From Alphaproteobacteria bacterium (GTDB lineage: Bacteria > Pseudomonadota > Alphaproteobacteria > UBA828): 64,000 bases of DNA. The stretch lies in the NCBI GenBank assembly GCA_963422645.2, contig CAXXVO010000004.1:416001-480000 (forward strand), written 5' to 3'. A program made the position numbers and the translations under genes. Shown one piece after another: positions 53,870 to 64,000 of the stretch; the stretch's first letter is position 1; each line of letters begins with the position of its first letter. A model generated the notes under the pieces. The model saw nothing but the letters and a program-made list of their open reading frames with translations. It had not been told where the DNA came from and made no database searches.

Positions 53870-54694
53870 CTAGGCGTCGCCGCGCTCGCCCGAGAGGAAT
53901 CGCCTGAGCGTCGGCGATTGTGGATCGTCGAGCAGCGCCTTTGACGCGCCTTCCTCCTCGATCTGACCCTCGTGCAGGAACACGGTCCGCGACGAGACAT
54001 CGCGGGCGAAGCCGATCTCGTGGGTTACGATCAGCATGGTCCGCCCTTCTTCGGCGAGATCGCGGATGACCTTCAGCACCTCGCCGACAAGCTCCGGGTC
54101 GAGCGCCGAGGTGGGCTCGTCGAAGAGCATGACGTCGGGCTCCATGGCGAGCGCGCGGGCGATCGCGGCGCGCTGCTCCTGCCCGCCCGAGAGGTGGGCG
54201 GGGAAGTAGTCGTGCTTGTCCGCGAGGCCGACCTTGTCGAGGAGTGCGTGGGCGCGGTCGACCGCCTCGCGCCGGGGCAGCTTGAGCACGTGGATGGGCG
54301 CCTCGACGACGTTCTGCACCACGGTGAGGTGAGACCACAGGTTGAACTGCTGGAACACCATGCCGAGGCGGGCGCGGATGCGATCGACCTGGCGACGGTC
54401 CGCCGGCAGCGCTTGGCTGCGCCGGTCGCGCTTCATGCGGATCAGCTCGCCGCCAACGTGGACCTCGCCGGCGTCGGGGACCTCCAGCAGGTTGATGCAG
54501 CGGAGCAGCGTGCTCTTGCCGGAGCCGCTCGCGCCCAGGATGGCGATGACGTCGTGCTCGTAGGCGGTCAGCGAGACGCCCTTGAGCACCTCCAGGTCGC
54601 CGAAGCTCTTGTAGAGGTCTTCGACGCGGAGCGCGGCGCCGGGTTCTGCCCGCGGCTCGTCGTGTGGGCTTGCGACTTCAAGCGCCTGCGCCAC
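53870..54694 (-). CDS. Polar amino acid ABC ATP-binding protein (HisP-like)
   Basis: GASGSGKST, LSGGQEQR, FDEPTSALDPE. Confidence 0.92.
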   Translation of the reverse strand: MAQALEVASPHDEPRAEPGAALRVEDLYKSFGDLEVLKGVSLTAYEHDVIAILGASGSGKSTLLRCINLLEVPDAGEVHVGGELIRMKRDRRSQALPADRRQVDRIRARLGMVFQQFNLWSHLTVVQNVVEAPIHVLKLPRREAVDRAHALLDKVGLADKHDYFPAHLSGGQEQRAAIARALAMEPDVMLFDEPTSALDPELVGEVLKVIRDLAEEGRTMLIVTHEIGFARDVSSRTVFLHEGQIEEEGASKALLDDPQSPTLRRFLSGERGDA

Positions 54695-54713
54695 CCGACC
54701 GGCCCGTTCGCAA

Positions 54714-56078
54714 CTACGAGGTGTAGGTGCGGCGCTTGACCAGCTTGCCGCGGCCGGGCTCCGCGTTGACCTTGCCGTTCTCCACGATGATGTCGCCGCG
54801 GGAGATCGTCATGGTCGGCCAGCCGGTGACCTCGAAGCCCTCATGCAGCTCCCAGTCCTGCTTGGAGTGCATGTCGCTCTGGCGAATGGTGACGGGCTTC
54901 TCCGGGTCGAACACCATGACGTCGGCGTCGGAGCCGACGGCGATGGTCCCCTTCTGCGGATACATGCCCATGAGCTTGGCCGGTTTGGTCGAGCTCACAT
55001 CGACGAAGCGATGGGGCGAGAGCCGGCCCTGGCGCACGCCCTCGGAATAGAGCATGGGCAGCACCGTCTCCAGGTTCGACATGCCGGGCAGAAGCTCGTC
55101 CACGGTCACGCTCGCCTTCTTCTGCTTCATATTCCAGCCGACATGGTCGGTGGCGACGGTCTGGAGCACGTTGCTGTCCAGCGCCTGCCACATCACCTCC
55201 ATCTGGTCGGCCTCGCGCAGCGGCGGCCAGCCGACATAGCGCTCAGGGTCCACCTCCTCGTTGAAGCGCTCGCGCGAGAGGTGGAGGTAAATCGGCCGGG
55301 TCTCGCCGTAGCAGGTCTGGCCACGGCCGCGCGCGTCGTTCAGCGCGTCCAGCCCCTCCTGGCACGAGAGGTGGACGAGGTAGGCCGGAACGTCGGCCAT
55401 GTGGGCCATCCAGAGCGCGCGGCGGGCGGCAAGCCCTTCCGAGATGCGCGGCCTGGAATCGGGGAAGGTGCGGACGTTGGAGTTGTTCTCCTCCTCCAGC
55501 TTCTGGGTCATGTAGGAGATGCAGCACTGGTCTTCGCAATGAATGTTGACCATCGCGCCGAGCTTGCCGGCCTCCTCCATGCAGCGCAGGTACTGGGGCG
55601 CGTACTTGTCGAACTCGGAGAAGCCGATCATGAAGATCTTGAAGCTGGTGTAGCCGTCGGCGACGCAGTCCCGCATCTCGGAGAGCGTGTGCTCGCCGGG
55701 CTGGAAGATCGTCGGGTGCAGGCCGTAGTCGATCACCGACTTGTCGCCGCGCTGGTTCCAGCGGACGAGGCAGTCCTGGAGAGACTGGCCGGGCTCCGGG
55801 AAGGCGTAGTCGCAGATCGTCGTGATGCCGCCGCAGGCGGCGGCCAACGTGGACGAGTGGAAGTCGTCGGCAGTCTCCTGCCCCATCAGCTCGAACTCGA
55901 CGTGGGTATGCACGTCGACGCCGCCGGGGAACAGAATCTTGCCGCTGCAATCGACCGTGCGGCCTGCCGGCCCGAGGCCGTGGCCGATCTGCTTGATGAC
56001 GCCGTCCTCGATTCCGACATCGGCGTCGTAGCTCTCGTGGGCGGTCACGATCTTGCCGTTCGCCAGAACTAGATCCAT
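54714..56078 (-). CDS. Dihydropyrimidinase / D-hydantoinase family amidohydrolase
   Basis: PGGVDVHTH, SFKIF, IHCED, VHLS, ATDH, KGTIAVGSDAD; GGAGG RBS before ATG 56078. Confidence 0.88.
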   Translation of the reverse strand: MDLVLANGKIVTAHESYDADVGIEDGVIKQIGHGLGPAGRTVDCSGKILFPGGVDVHTHVEFELMGQETADDFHSSTLAAACGGITTICDYAFPEPGQSLQDCLVRWNQRGDKSVIDYGLHPTIFQPGEHTLSEMRDCVADGYTSFKIFMIGFSEFDKYAPQYLRCMEEAGKLGAMVNIHCEDQCCISYMTQKLEEENNSNVRTFPDSRPRISEGLAARRALWMAHMADVPAYLVHLSCQEGLDALNDARGRGQTCYGETRPIYLHLSRERFNEEVDPERYVGWPPLREADQMEVMWQALDSNVLQTVATDHVGWNMKQKKASVTVDELLPGMSNLETVLPMLYSEGVRQGRLSPHRFVDVSSTKPAKLMGMYPQKGTIAVGSDADVMVFDPEKPVTIRQSDMHSKQDWELHEGFEVTGWPTMTISRGDIIVENGKVNAEPGRGKLVKRRTYTS

Positions 56079-57003
56079 CGTCGCCTCCATTCCCTGTCGT
56101 GATCGTTATTTCTTAACCTCGAAGTATGGGCGCGATCATGCCGGAGGGTCCAGCGTCTCGTTGGTGTGGTTGCATTTCCTTCACCAGGGCAAAGGCCATC
56201 GGTAGACACGCAATCGTCGCAGCGCGCCCTGGCATCGGGGTGCTCCTGTTCGTGGCTGTTGGCTGAGCGCGGGGAGTGCCCCTTTCCCCACTGACACATA
56301 ATCCCGTGCGTCGCCCGGGGAGCGCTGCTGCTTGACGGTGGCTAGGGGCACCCATACGATACTCACGACATTTCTAGGCGGCATGCCGTGAGCCACCCTG
56401 TTCTCTGCATTTGGATCGAGGGTGGAAGCGGCAGGTCTATGAAGACCGCCAGGGAGAAAGAGGTGGGACCACTCCGTTCAGTTTTGCTTGTCCAACCCAC
56501 CTTTGCGGCCGCGCTGAAAGGCGGCCAGAGATCGTCCATCAATCACACAAACGACAAGCGTAGATCGCCCTTTGTGCTTGCACAAATCTTGGGGAGGAGG
56601 GAGCTATGAGACGTCGAGATTTCTTGAAGAAATCCGGTATCGCACTCGGTGCGGCTGGAGTGACTACGTTCCCGCATGTCTGGGTGAAGGACTATCAATT
56701 TGCCTGGGCCGACGATGACGAGATCGAAGTCGGCGTTCTTTACTCGCTGACGGGTACGACAGCGATCGTCGAGAAGCAGTTGAGTAAAGTCACCGAGATG
56801 GCCATCGATCAGATCAATGCGAACGGTGGCGTACTCGGCAAACAGGTAGTGCCGATCATCGAAGATCCGGCCTCCGACCCGCGCACCTTCAACGAGAAGG
56901 CCAACAAGCTCGTTGTGCGGGACCGGGTGCCGTCCGTCTTCGGCTCCTATACGTCGGCGAGCCGGAAGGCAGTGTTGCCGGTATTCGAGAAGCGCAAGAA
57001 CCT

Positions 57004-59515
57004 CAGACTTCCTGACCTCGTGATGCTGGCTGTTCTGGGCAGCGTGCCGGGAACTCCTTGAATTCTGATACATTTCGGTTGTTTCAGGCGGTTTTTCGCT
57101 GGGTGTCGCGCCCGAGGTCTGATAGTATAATTTGATACCAATTGCACGGTCTCAACCATGCCCAGTACCCTCCCAATGTGCCCTCCAGAGGCGGTCTCGA
57201 TCGGCAACAGCTGCTTCGCCGTCCTGATCTCGGACGACACCTTCACCTACTTTTCCAACCTCATTCCCTTTGACAGCCACGCCGCCGATGACCGCACGGC
57301 CATGCTCTTGCGGATCGGCCGCCTCGCGGCGATCAGCGCGGTCTCGCCGCAGGAACTGGCTGACGCTTTCGCTGTCTCGCGCGCGACGGTGCAGCGCGCA
57401 CGACGGCGCTACCTGGCCGAGGGCGAAGCGGGGTTCATGAAGCCCCGGCGCGGTCGCGGGCCGTCGGTGTTCACTCCGGAGTTGGCGGAGAAGGCGACGG
57501 CGTTGCTGGCATCGGGCCTGAGCGGCTCTGCGGCGGCCCGGGTTCTCGGCGTGTCAGCGCCATCGGTCAACAAGTGGCGCCGTCAGGGACTGATCGGCAA
57601 CACGGAGGCGGATGGGGAGCCCGGACGCTCAGCGCTGGCTGCGCCGCCTGACGCGGGTGCGGCTCCTGAAGGCCGTGTCGATGAAGAGAGTACCGGTGCC
57701 CCGGGGCCGGAGACGGCGCCGGGGCTGGAAGCGCAGCCGCAAACGGATCGCAGCGCGCGCGATCGGCGGGACCGGCAGGCGCCGATGGGGCGTGCGACTT
57801 GCGATGTTCCGGCTCGGGTTCTGGCCAGTTGTGGACAGGCGGGGCCGGTCGAACCGCAGTTCGCCGCCGCCGCCCGCGGTGTCCGCTTCGGCGGCGTGCT
57901 CGCCGCCCTGCCGGCCCTGCTGAAGGAAGGTCTTCTCTCCGAGACCGGTCTCCTGCCATTGCTGCCGAAGGGCTATTACGGCTTGCCTACGATCCTGCTC
58001 TTCCTGGCCTTCATGACCTTGGCGCGGGTGCGCAACCCCGAGAGCCTGCGCTACCAGGCGCCGGGCGAATGGGGCGCCATTCTCGGCCTCGATCGCTGCC
58101 CCGAGGTCAAGACGCTGCGCCGCAAGATCGCTCTCATCGCCGACGACGAGGCCGGCGTGCGGGCGTGGCAGCTCGCCCTTGCCAGGCGCTGGCAAGGCCG
58201 ACGAGCCGGAGCTCTGGGCGACGCTGGCCATCGACGGGCACGTCAAGGTCTACTCCGGCCGCAAGGGGCGCTTGCCCAAGCACTTCGTCTCGCGCGAGAA
58301 GCTGTGCCTGCCGGCGAGCGCCAGCTACTGGATCAACGCTCTGGGCGGCAAGCCGCTGCTCTGTCTGCACAAGCCGCTGGACCCGAAGATGGTCGCGGCC
58401 ATCGAAGCCGACGTGGTGCCGGCGCTGCAGGAGCTTGGGATCGTTGGCGCCGGGGCGCCGGACCTGACCGCCGAGCATCCCGGCCAGCCGGCGCTCACCC
58501 TGGTCTTCGACCGCGAGGGCTGGAGCCCGGATCTGTTCCGCCGGCTGGCGAGGCGCGGCGTCGCCTGCCTGACCTGGCACAAGAACTTCAGGGGCGAGGA
58601 CTGGCCGGCCGAGGACTTCGGCGCGATGACCGTTCCCATTCACGGACCGGCGGCGGACGGCAGCGCCACCATGCGGCTGGCTGAGAAGCCGGTGACGTTG
58701 CCGAACGGCTTCAGGGTGCGCCAGATCCGCCGCCTGCTCGACAACGGCCGTCAGGTGCCGCTGATCACCACCGATCCGCACAAGCCGATGGCTGAGGTTG
58801 CGGGCGCCATGTTCTCGCGCTGGTCGCAGGAGAACTTCTTCAAGTACATGCGTGACGAGTTCAATCTCGACGCCCTGCCGACCCACGAGCTCGAGCCTCT
58901 CGATCCCGCCGCCATGGTCGTCAACCCGCTGCGGCGGGCCTATGACAAGGCAATCCATCGCCTCGACCGCCAGCTTGGCCGCCTGCGCAACCGCATCGCC
59001 GACACGGCCCGGAAGAAGCAGCCGACGGCGGAACTCAGGAGGGAAGTCAGGGACCTCCAGGATGTCCGCGACATCGTCAGGGCCAGCCGCAGGGAGACGC
59101 CCAAGCACTGCCGGGCCGGCGACCTCGACGAAGCCGAGCAGCTCGATGCCTTGCCCGCGCGCGAGCGCCTCCTCCTCGACGTCATCCGGATGATCGCCTA
59201 CCGCGCCGAAACCCGCATGATGCTTCCCGTCATGCAGGCGCAGGGCCACAAGCCCCATCCCCGGAAACTGCTTCAAGCGCTGCTCACCGCCGATGCCGAC
59301 ATCCTGCCGGATCCTGGCAATGGCCTCCTGCGGGTCCACATTCTTGGCCTCGCAAACGACGCCTGCGACCGTTGGATCGATGCGGTTCTGAGCGACCTGA
59401 ACGCCACCGAAACGGTCTTCCCCGGCACCCGTCTGCGCATAGTCTACGACATCGACGGGGCCTCGGAATCCGCGCGGCTCGTGTCACCTAAAATCAGCAG
59501 AGGTCAGGAAGTCTG
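57004..59515 (+). mobile_element. Unclassified DDE-type IS, copy 2 (complete, 2512 bp)
   Basis: Perfect 16-bp TIR CAGACTTCCTGACCTC; 5-bp TSD AACCT at 56999-57003 and 59516-59520. Confidence 0.93.
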
Positions 59516-59516
59516 A
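57158..59516 (+). pseudogene. Putative transposase with the same +1 frameshift (near 58194) as copy 1
   Basis: ORF translations identical to 22966-25324. Confidence 0.75.
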
Positions 59517-60410
59517 ACCTGTACTGGTATCCCACGTTCTACGAAGGGTTCGAGTGCTCGAAGAACGTCATATACACGGGCGCTGTTCCCAATCAGCAGC
59601 AAGAAAACTTCGTTCCGTGGATCACGAACCAGGGCTACAACAAGTTCTTCATTGTCGGGTCGAACTACATCTACCCGCGTGAGATGGCCAAGGTTTGCAA
59701 GATCCTGGTGGAGAGAGAGGGCGGCTCCTGGGTGGCTGACGAGTACCTGGAACTCGGTCACACAGAATGGGGTTCGATGGTCAACAAGATGAAGACCATG
59801 TGGGAAGCCGGCGAGTGCGACTGCGTCTACTCCAACGTGGTCGGCGATTCGATCGTCGCCTTTAGGCGTGAGTTCATCAACCAGGGCCTGAGCTACGACA
59901 AATTCCCCATCTTTGCCACCGTGTGCTCTGAAATCGAAGTGCAGGCGATGGGTGCCGATTATGCTGCGGGCAGTGTCACGTCCTTCCCCTATTTCCAGTC
60001 GGTGAGCAACCCGGTGAACGAGAAGTTTGTGGAAGACGTGAAGGGGGCGATGGGTGCCGATACCGTCACCTATCACGCCATGGAATGCGCCTATTTCCAG
60101 GTATTCCTGTGGGCGCAATCGGTGGAGAAGGCAGGCGAGGTCGATCCTCTTTCGGTTCGCGAAGCCTCCAAGGGACAAGAGGTCGATGCACCGGAAGGGC
60201 GCGTGAGAATCGAGCCCGAGAACCTGCATTGCTGGCTGACGCCGCGCATCGGCGTGTGGGGCTCGGACGGGCAGGCCGAGATCGTCGACGAGTACGCGGA
60301 GCCGCTGATACCGCTCCCCTACTCGGCGTACGGCGAGGCGCCCGACAATCTCTTCTGCACGCAAGCGGGCCTGGATTCCAGCAAGCTCAAGACCTGAGCG
60401 CTGACGCTAA

Positions 60411-60438
60411 GGGGGTCGGCGTCTCGACGCCGGCCCCC
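60411..60438 (+). terminator. GC-rich intercistronic hairpin after the binding-protein gene
   Basis: GGGGGTCGGCGTC-TC-GACGCCGGCCCCC; no U-tract, so it may be an mRNA-stabilising stem rather than a terminator. Confidence 0.5.
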
Positions 60439-60485
60439 CTCAGCCTGGAGTCACGCATCGTCGGAACCGAAACGGCTCACATAGA

Positions 60486-60525
60486 ATGGCCGACGTATTC
60501 TTCATCGGACTGAGTCTTTCGTCCA
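60486..60525 (+). pseudogene. 5' end of a probable UrtB-like permease interrupted by IS110
   Basis: MADVFFIGLSLSSI resembles the F.GLSLGS start of UrtB/LivH permeases; expected operon position. Confidence 0.55.
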
Positions 60526-62294
60526 TTTGCCGTGAAACAGATTCTGGCGAGGGACGCGCGGTGACGCTCCAACCCCGAGGTCACGGCGTTGGCTGAGACC
60601 GCCAGGGTCGGCGCGGCGGAGACGAGCGGTGGACTTCCCCGATGTGGTCCGAAGCGGTCCCGCGTAGCCGGCTGACGAGATGCGGGCCGCTCAGGCGGCC
60701 TTGAGTTCCGCGCCTACGGGCTCGATGTAGCCGTAGCGGCGGAGCATGCGGATCCACCGAGGAGCGTTGCGCTTGACCATCAGAGCGTCGTAGTCGGCCG
60801 TGCGGTCGTAGTAGGGCCTGCCGGTCTTGAGCACCACATAGATGATGCGCAGCATCTTGTGAGCGCCGGCGACGATGGCGCGCTTGTAGCCGCGCCGGGC
60901 GGCGAGGGCGCGGTGATGAGCCTCGAACTGGCACCCCTTGGTTCGGGCCGCGCCGTGGGCACACTCGACGAGGCAGGCGCGCAGGGTCTTGGAGCCCATG
61001 CGGGTGCGTGCGTTGCGGCGCTTGCCCCCGCTCTCGTTGTTGCCGGGGCAGAGCCCGGCCCAGGCGGCGAAGTGCTCCTTGGAGGCGAACACGCCGATGT
61101 CGGGGCCGATCTCGATGAGGATGGTCGAGGCGGCGGTGCGGTCGATGCCGGGGATGGTGGTCAGCAGACGGAGCTGCTCCTCCCACGGTGTCATCTGCCC
61201 GTCGATCTTCCTGGTGTAGGACGCGATGCGCGCCTCAAGCGCGTCATGCTCCTCCAGCAGGTCGTTGAGCATGAAGCGGTCGTTGTCGCCCAGGCTCAGG
61301 GTGAGCGCCTCGCCGAGCCCCTCCAGCTTGTTCGCAACGTGGCTGGTGAGCGAGGCGAGGATGACCTCGCGCGCCGTCCCCTGCGCCAGGCCGTCGAGGA
61401 TCTTCCGGCCGTTGACGCCGAAGACGTCGGAGAGGATGCCGCCGATGCGCGCACCGGCGCGGTCGATGATCTTCTGCACGCGGTTGCGCACGGCGGAGCG
61501 CTGCCTGACCAGGACGCGGCGCTGGCGGCTCAGTGCGCGCAGCTCCCGGAACGGCTCAGGCGGAACGTGGGAAGGCGTGCAGAGCCCGAACTGGCACACG
61601 CAGGCCAGCCACACGCTGTCCGCCACGTCGGTCTTGCGCCCCTTCAACTGCTTCACCTGACGCGCATGCACCAGGATCGCCTCGAGCCCGGCCGCCTCCA
61701 GGGCCGCGAAGGGCGCCTGCCAGTAGACCCCGGTCCCTTCCATCACCGCAGCCTCGACGCCGTGACCGGTCAGCCACGCGACCATCTCCTCCAGACCGCT
61801 CGGCAGCGTGCCGAAGCAGCGCGTCTCCACCACCGGCTCACCCTCGCCCTCACAGAGGCGAACCGTCGCGGTGATCTCCATCTTGTGCACGTCCAGACCC
61901 GCCGCGCGCGGCCGGACGACGTGCAAGCCTTCCGTCTTCATCGCCTTCCTCCTCATTTGCGCTCTCGCCACGGCGGCGTACGATCACGCCGTGGCATCGC
62001 CACGGTGGAGGCGGGGACAGCGGTCGGAAGAACACGCATCCGACGAGCGGGTGCGGTGCAATTTGCCGCGCGTCCACGGCCACGGGCCGGGTACAATACG
62101 GGGTGCGGAGCCGGCCGCCGGAAGCAGTTTTGTCATCGGGAACTACGTCACCGATATAACGACGCTCACACGTCCCCACCTCCGCCAATACCCATCCTGA
62201 CACGGCAAATGGGTGCAAGCGCAAGGAAAACGTCAGCCGAACCGCTCCTGTTTCATGCCACGGGGTGGCTCAGAACCGCGGGGACCATGACTGT
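60526..62294 (-). mobile_element. IS110-family element, copy 1 (1769-bp repeat unit)
   Basis: Direct tandem repeat with period 1769; TTT shared at both junctions; no TSD visible. Confidence 0.9.
60691..61941 (-). CDS. IS110-family DEDD recombinase
   Basis: GLDVHK, MEGTGVYW, RKTDVADS, WAGLCPGNNESGGK; GAGGAGG RBS before ATG 61941. Confidence 0.93.
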   Translation of the reverse strand: MKTEGLHVVRPRAAGLDVHKMEITATVRLCEGEGEPVVETRCFGTLPSGLEEMVAWLTGHGVEAAVMEGTGVYWQAPFAALEAAGLEAILVHARQVKQLKGRKTDVADSVWLACVCQFGLCTPSHVPPEPFRELRALSRQRRVLVRQRSAVRNRVQKIIDRAGARIGGILSDVFGVNGRKILDGLAQGTAREVILASLTSHVANKLEGLGEALTLSLGDNDRFMLNDLLEEHDALEARIASYTRKIDGQMTPWEEQLRLLTTIPGIDRTAASTILIEIGPDIGVFASKEHFAAWAGLCPGNNESGGKRRNARTRMGSKTLRACLVECAHGAARTKGCQFEAHHRALAARRGYKRAIVAGAHKMLRIIYVVLKTGRPYYDRTADYDALMVKRNAPRWIRMLRRYGYIEPVGAELKAA

Positions 62295-64000
62295 TTTGCC
62301 GTGAAACAGATTCTGGCGAGGGACGCGCGGTGACGCTCCAACCCCGAGGTCACGGCGTTGGCTGAGACCGCCAGGGTCGGCGCGGCGGAGACGAGCGGTG
62401 GACTTCCCCGATGTGGTCCGAAGCGGTCCCGCGTAGCCGGCTGACGAGATGCGGGCCGCTCAGGCGGCCTTGAGTTCCGCGCCTACGGGCTCGATGTAGC
62501 CGTAGCGGCGGAGCATGCGGATCCACCGAGGAGCGTTGCGCTTGACCATCAGAGCGTCGTAGTCGGCCGTGCGGTCGTAGTAGGGCCTGCCGGTCTTGAG
62601 CACCACATAGATGATGCGCAGCATCTTGTGAGCGCCGGCGACGATGGCGCGCTTGTAGCCGCGCCGGGCGGCGAGGGCGCGGTGATGAGCCTCGAACTGG
62701 CACCCCTTGGTTCGGGCCGCGCCGTGGGCACACTCGACGAGGCAGGCGCGCAGGGTCTTGGAGCCCATGCGGGTGCGTGCGTTGCGGCGCTTGCCCCCGC
62801 TCTCGTTGTTGCCGGGGCAGAGCCCGGCCCAGGCGGCGAAGTGCTCCTTGGAGGCGAACACGCCGATGTCGGGGCCGATCTCGATGAGGATGGTCGAGGC
62901 GGCGGTGCGGTCGATGCCGGGGATGGTGGTCAGCAGACGGAGCTGCTCCTCCCACGGTGTCATCTGCCCGTCGATCTTCCTGGTGTAGGACGCGATGCGC
63001 GCCTCAAGCGCGTCATGCTCCTCCAGCAGGTCGTTGAGCATGAAGCGGTCGTTGTCGCCCAGGCTCAGGGTGAGCGCCTCGCCGAGCCCCTCCAGCTTGT
63101 TCGCAACGTGGCTGGTGAGCGAGGCGAGGATGACCTCGCGCGCCGTCCCCTGCGCCAGGCCGTCGAGGATCTTCCGGCCGTTGACGCCGAAGACGTCGGA
63201 GAGGATGCCGCCGATGCGCGCACCGGCGCGGTCGATGATCTTCTGCACGCGGTTGCGCACGGCGGAGCGCTGCCTGACCAGGACGCGGCGCTGGCGGCTC
63301 AGTGCGCGCAGCTCCCGGAACGGCTCAGGCGGAACGTGGGAAGGCGTGCAGAGCCCGAACTGGCACACGCAGGCCAGCCACACGCTGTCCGCCACGTCGG
63401 TCTTGCGCCCCTTCAACTGCTTCACCTGACGCGCATGCACCAGGATCGCCTCGAGCCCGGCCGCCTCCAGGGCCGCGAAGGGCGCCTGCCAGTAGACCCC
63501 GGTCCCTTCCATCACCGCAGCCTCGACGCCGTGACCGGTCAGCCACGCGACCATCTCCTCCAGACCGCTCGGCAGCGTGCCGAAGCAGCGCGTCTCCACC
63601 ACCGGCTCACCCTCGCCCTCACAGAGGCGAACCGTCGCGGTGATCTCCATCTTGTGCACGTCCAGACCCGCCGCGCGCGGCCGGACGACGTGCAAGCCTT
63701 CCGTCTTCATCGCCTTCCTCCTCATTTGCGCTCTCGCCACGGCGGCGTACGATCACGCCGTGGCATCGCCACGGTGGAGGCGGGGACAGCGGTCGGAAGA
63801 ACACGCATCCGACGAGCGGGTGCGGTGCAATTTGCCGCGCGTCCACGGCCACGGGCCGGGTACAATACGGGGTGCGGAGCCGGCCGCCGGAAGCAGTTTT
63901 GTCATCGGGAACTACGTCACCGATATAACGACGCTCACACGTCCCCACCTCCGCCAATACCCATCCTGACACGGCAAATGGGTGCAAGCGCAAGGAAAAC
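62295..64000 (-). mobile_element. IS110-family element, copy 2 (runs off right edge)
   Basis: Matches copy 1 at offset 1769. Confidence 0.9.
62460..63710 (-). CDS. IS110-family DEDD recombinase, copy 2
   Basis: Translation identical to 60691-61941. Confidence 0.93.
   Translation of the reverse strand: MKTEGLHVVRPRAAGLDVHKMEITATVRLCEGEGEPVVETRCFGTLPSGLEEMVAWLTGHGVEAAVMEGTGVYWQAPFAALEAAGLEAILVHARQVKQLKGRKTDVADSVWLACVCQFGLCTPSHVPPEPFRELRALSRQRRVLVRQRSAVRNRVQKIIDRAGARIGGILSDVFGVNGRKILDGLAQGTAREVILASLTSHVANKLEGLGEALTLSLGDNDRFMLNDLLEEHDALEARIASYTRKIDGQMTPWEEQLRLLTTIPGIDRTAASTILIEIGPDIGVFASKEHFAAWAGLCPGNNESGGKRRNARTRMGSKTLRACLVECAHGAARTKGCQFEAHHRALAARRGYKRAIVAGAHKMLRIIYVVLKTGRPYYDRTADYDALMVKRNAPRWIRMLRRYGYIEPVGAELKAA

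Larger units (their letters stand above)
56606..60397 (+). pseudogene. Urea/short-chain amide ABC substrate-binding protein (UrtA/AmiC-like, Tat signal), interrupted by IS
   Basis: [28 protein letters not shown]; removing the IS and one TSD restores KRKNLYWYPTFYEGFE...GAVPNQQ. Confidence 0.9.

Noticed and set aside
56500-56600. Hairpins upstream of the amide-binding gene as a possible ANTAR or riboswitch element
   Set aside because: An inverted repeat TTTGTGC-TT-GCACAAA is present, but I cannot match a defined motif without a covariance search

Overview
GC-rich alphaproteobacterial chromosome segment (Rhodospirillales-like gene order) with a heavy load of mobile elements. Left (1-9.6 kb): xanthine-dehydrogenase-family pair, leuD/leuC, rplS-trmD-rimM-rpsP-ffh and a sterol-desaturase-family gene. 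Middle (9.9-39.2 kb): a nested mobile-element pile-up. It holds tandem tyrosine integrases, two near-identical copies of a ~2.8-kb large-serine-recombinase (LSR) element, IS5, IS21, IS66, IS1595, an IS4-family element encoding a DUF4338-DDE fusion, an unclassified IS with AACCT targets, a truncated PHP-ATPase (Ppl/TrlF-like), a degenerate tandem bacterioferritin and a frameshifted TonB-dependent receptor. Right (39.5-64 kb): secB-fxsA-timA-mltA-lutABC-smr, a three-gene dimethylformamidase-like cluster, hicBA, a polar amino-acid ABC transporter, dihydropyrimidinase, and a urea/amide ABC operon broken by an IS and by a tandem IS110 pair. Most notable: both LSR copies sit at the same TC dinucleotide in two diverged DUF4338 genes. 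Joining the element's ends across that TC places an RBS and ATG from the right end in frame with a start-less ORF at the left end, whose stop overlaps the recombinase start, so this gene appears complete only in the excised circle. No rRNA, tRNA or CRISPR array was recognised. All family assignments come from motif recognition by eye, not database searches.
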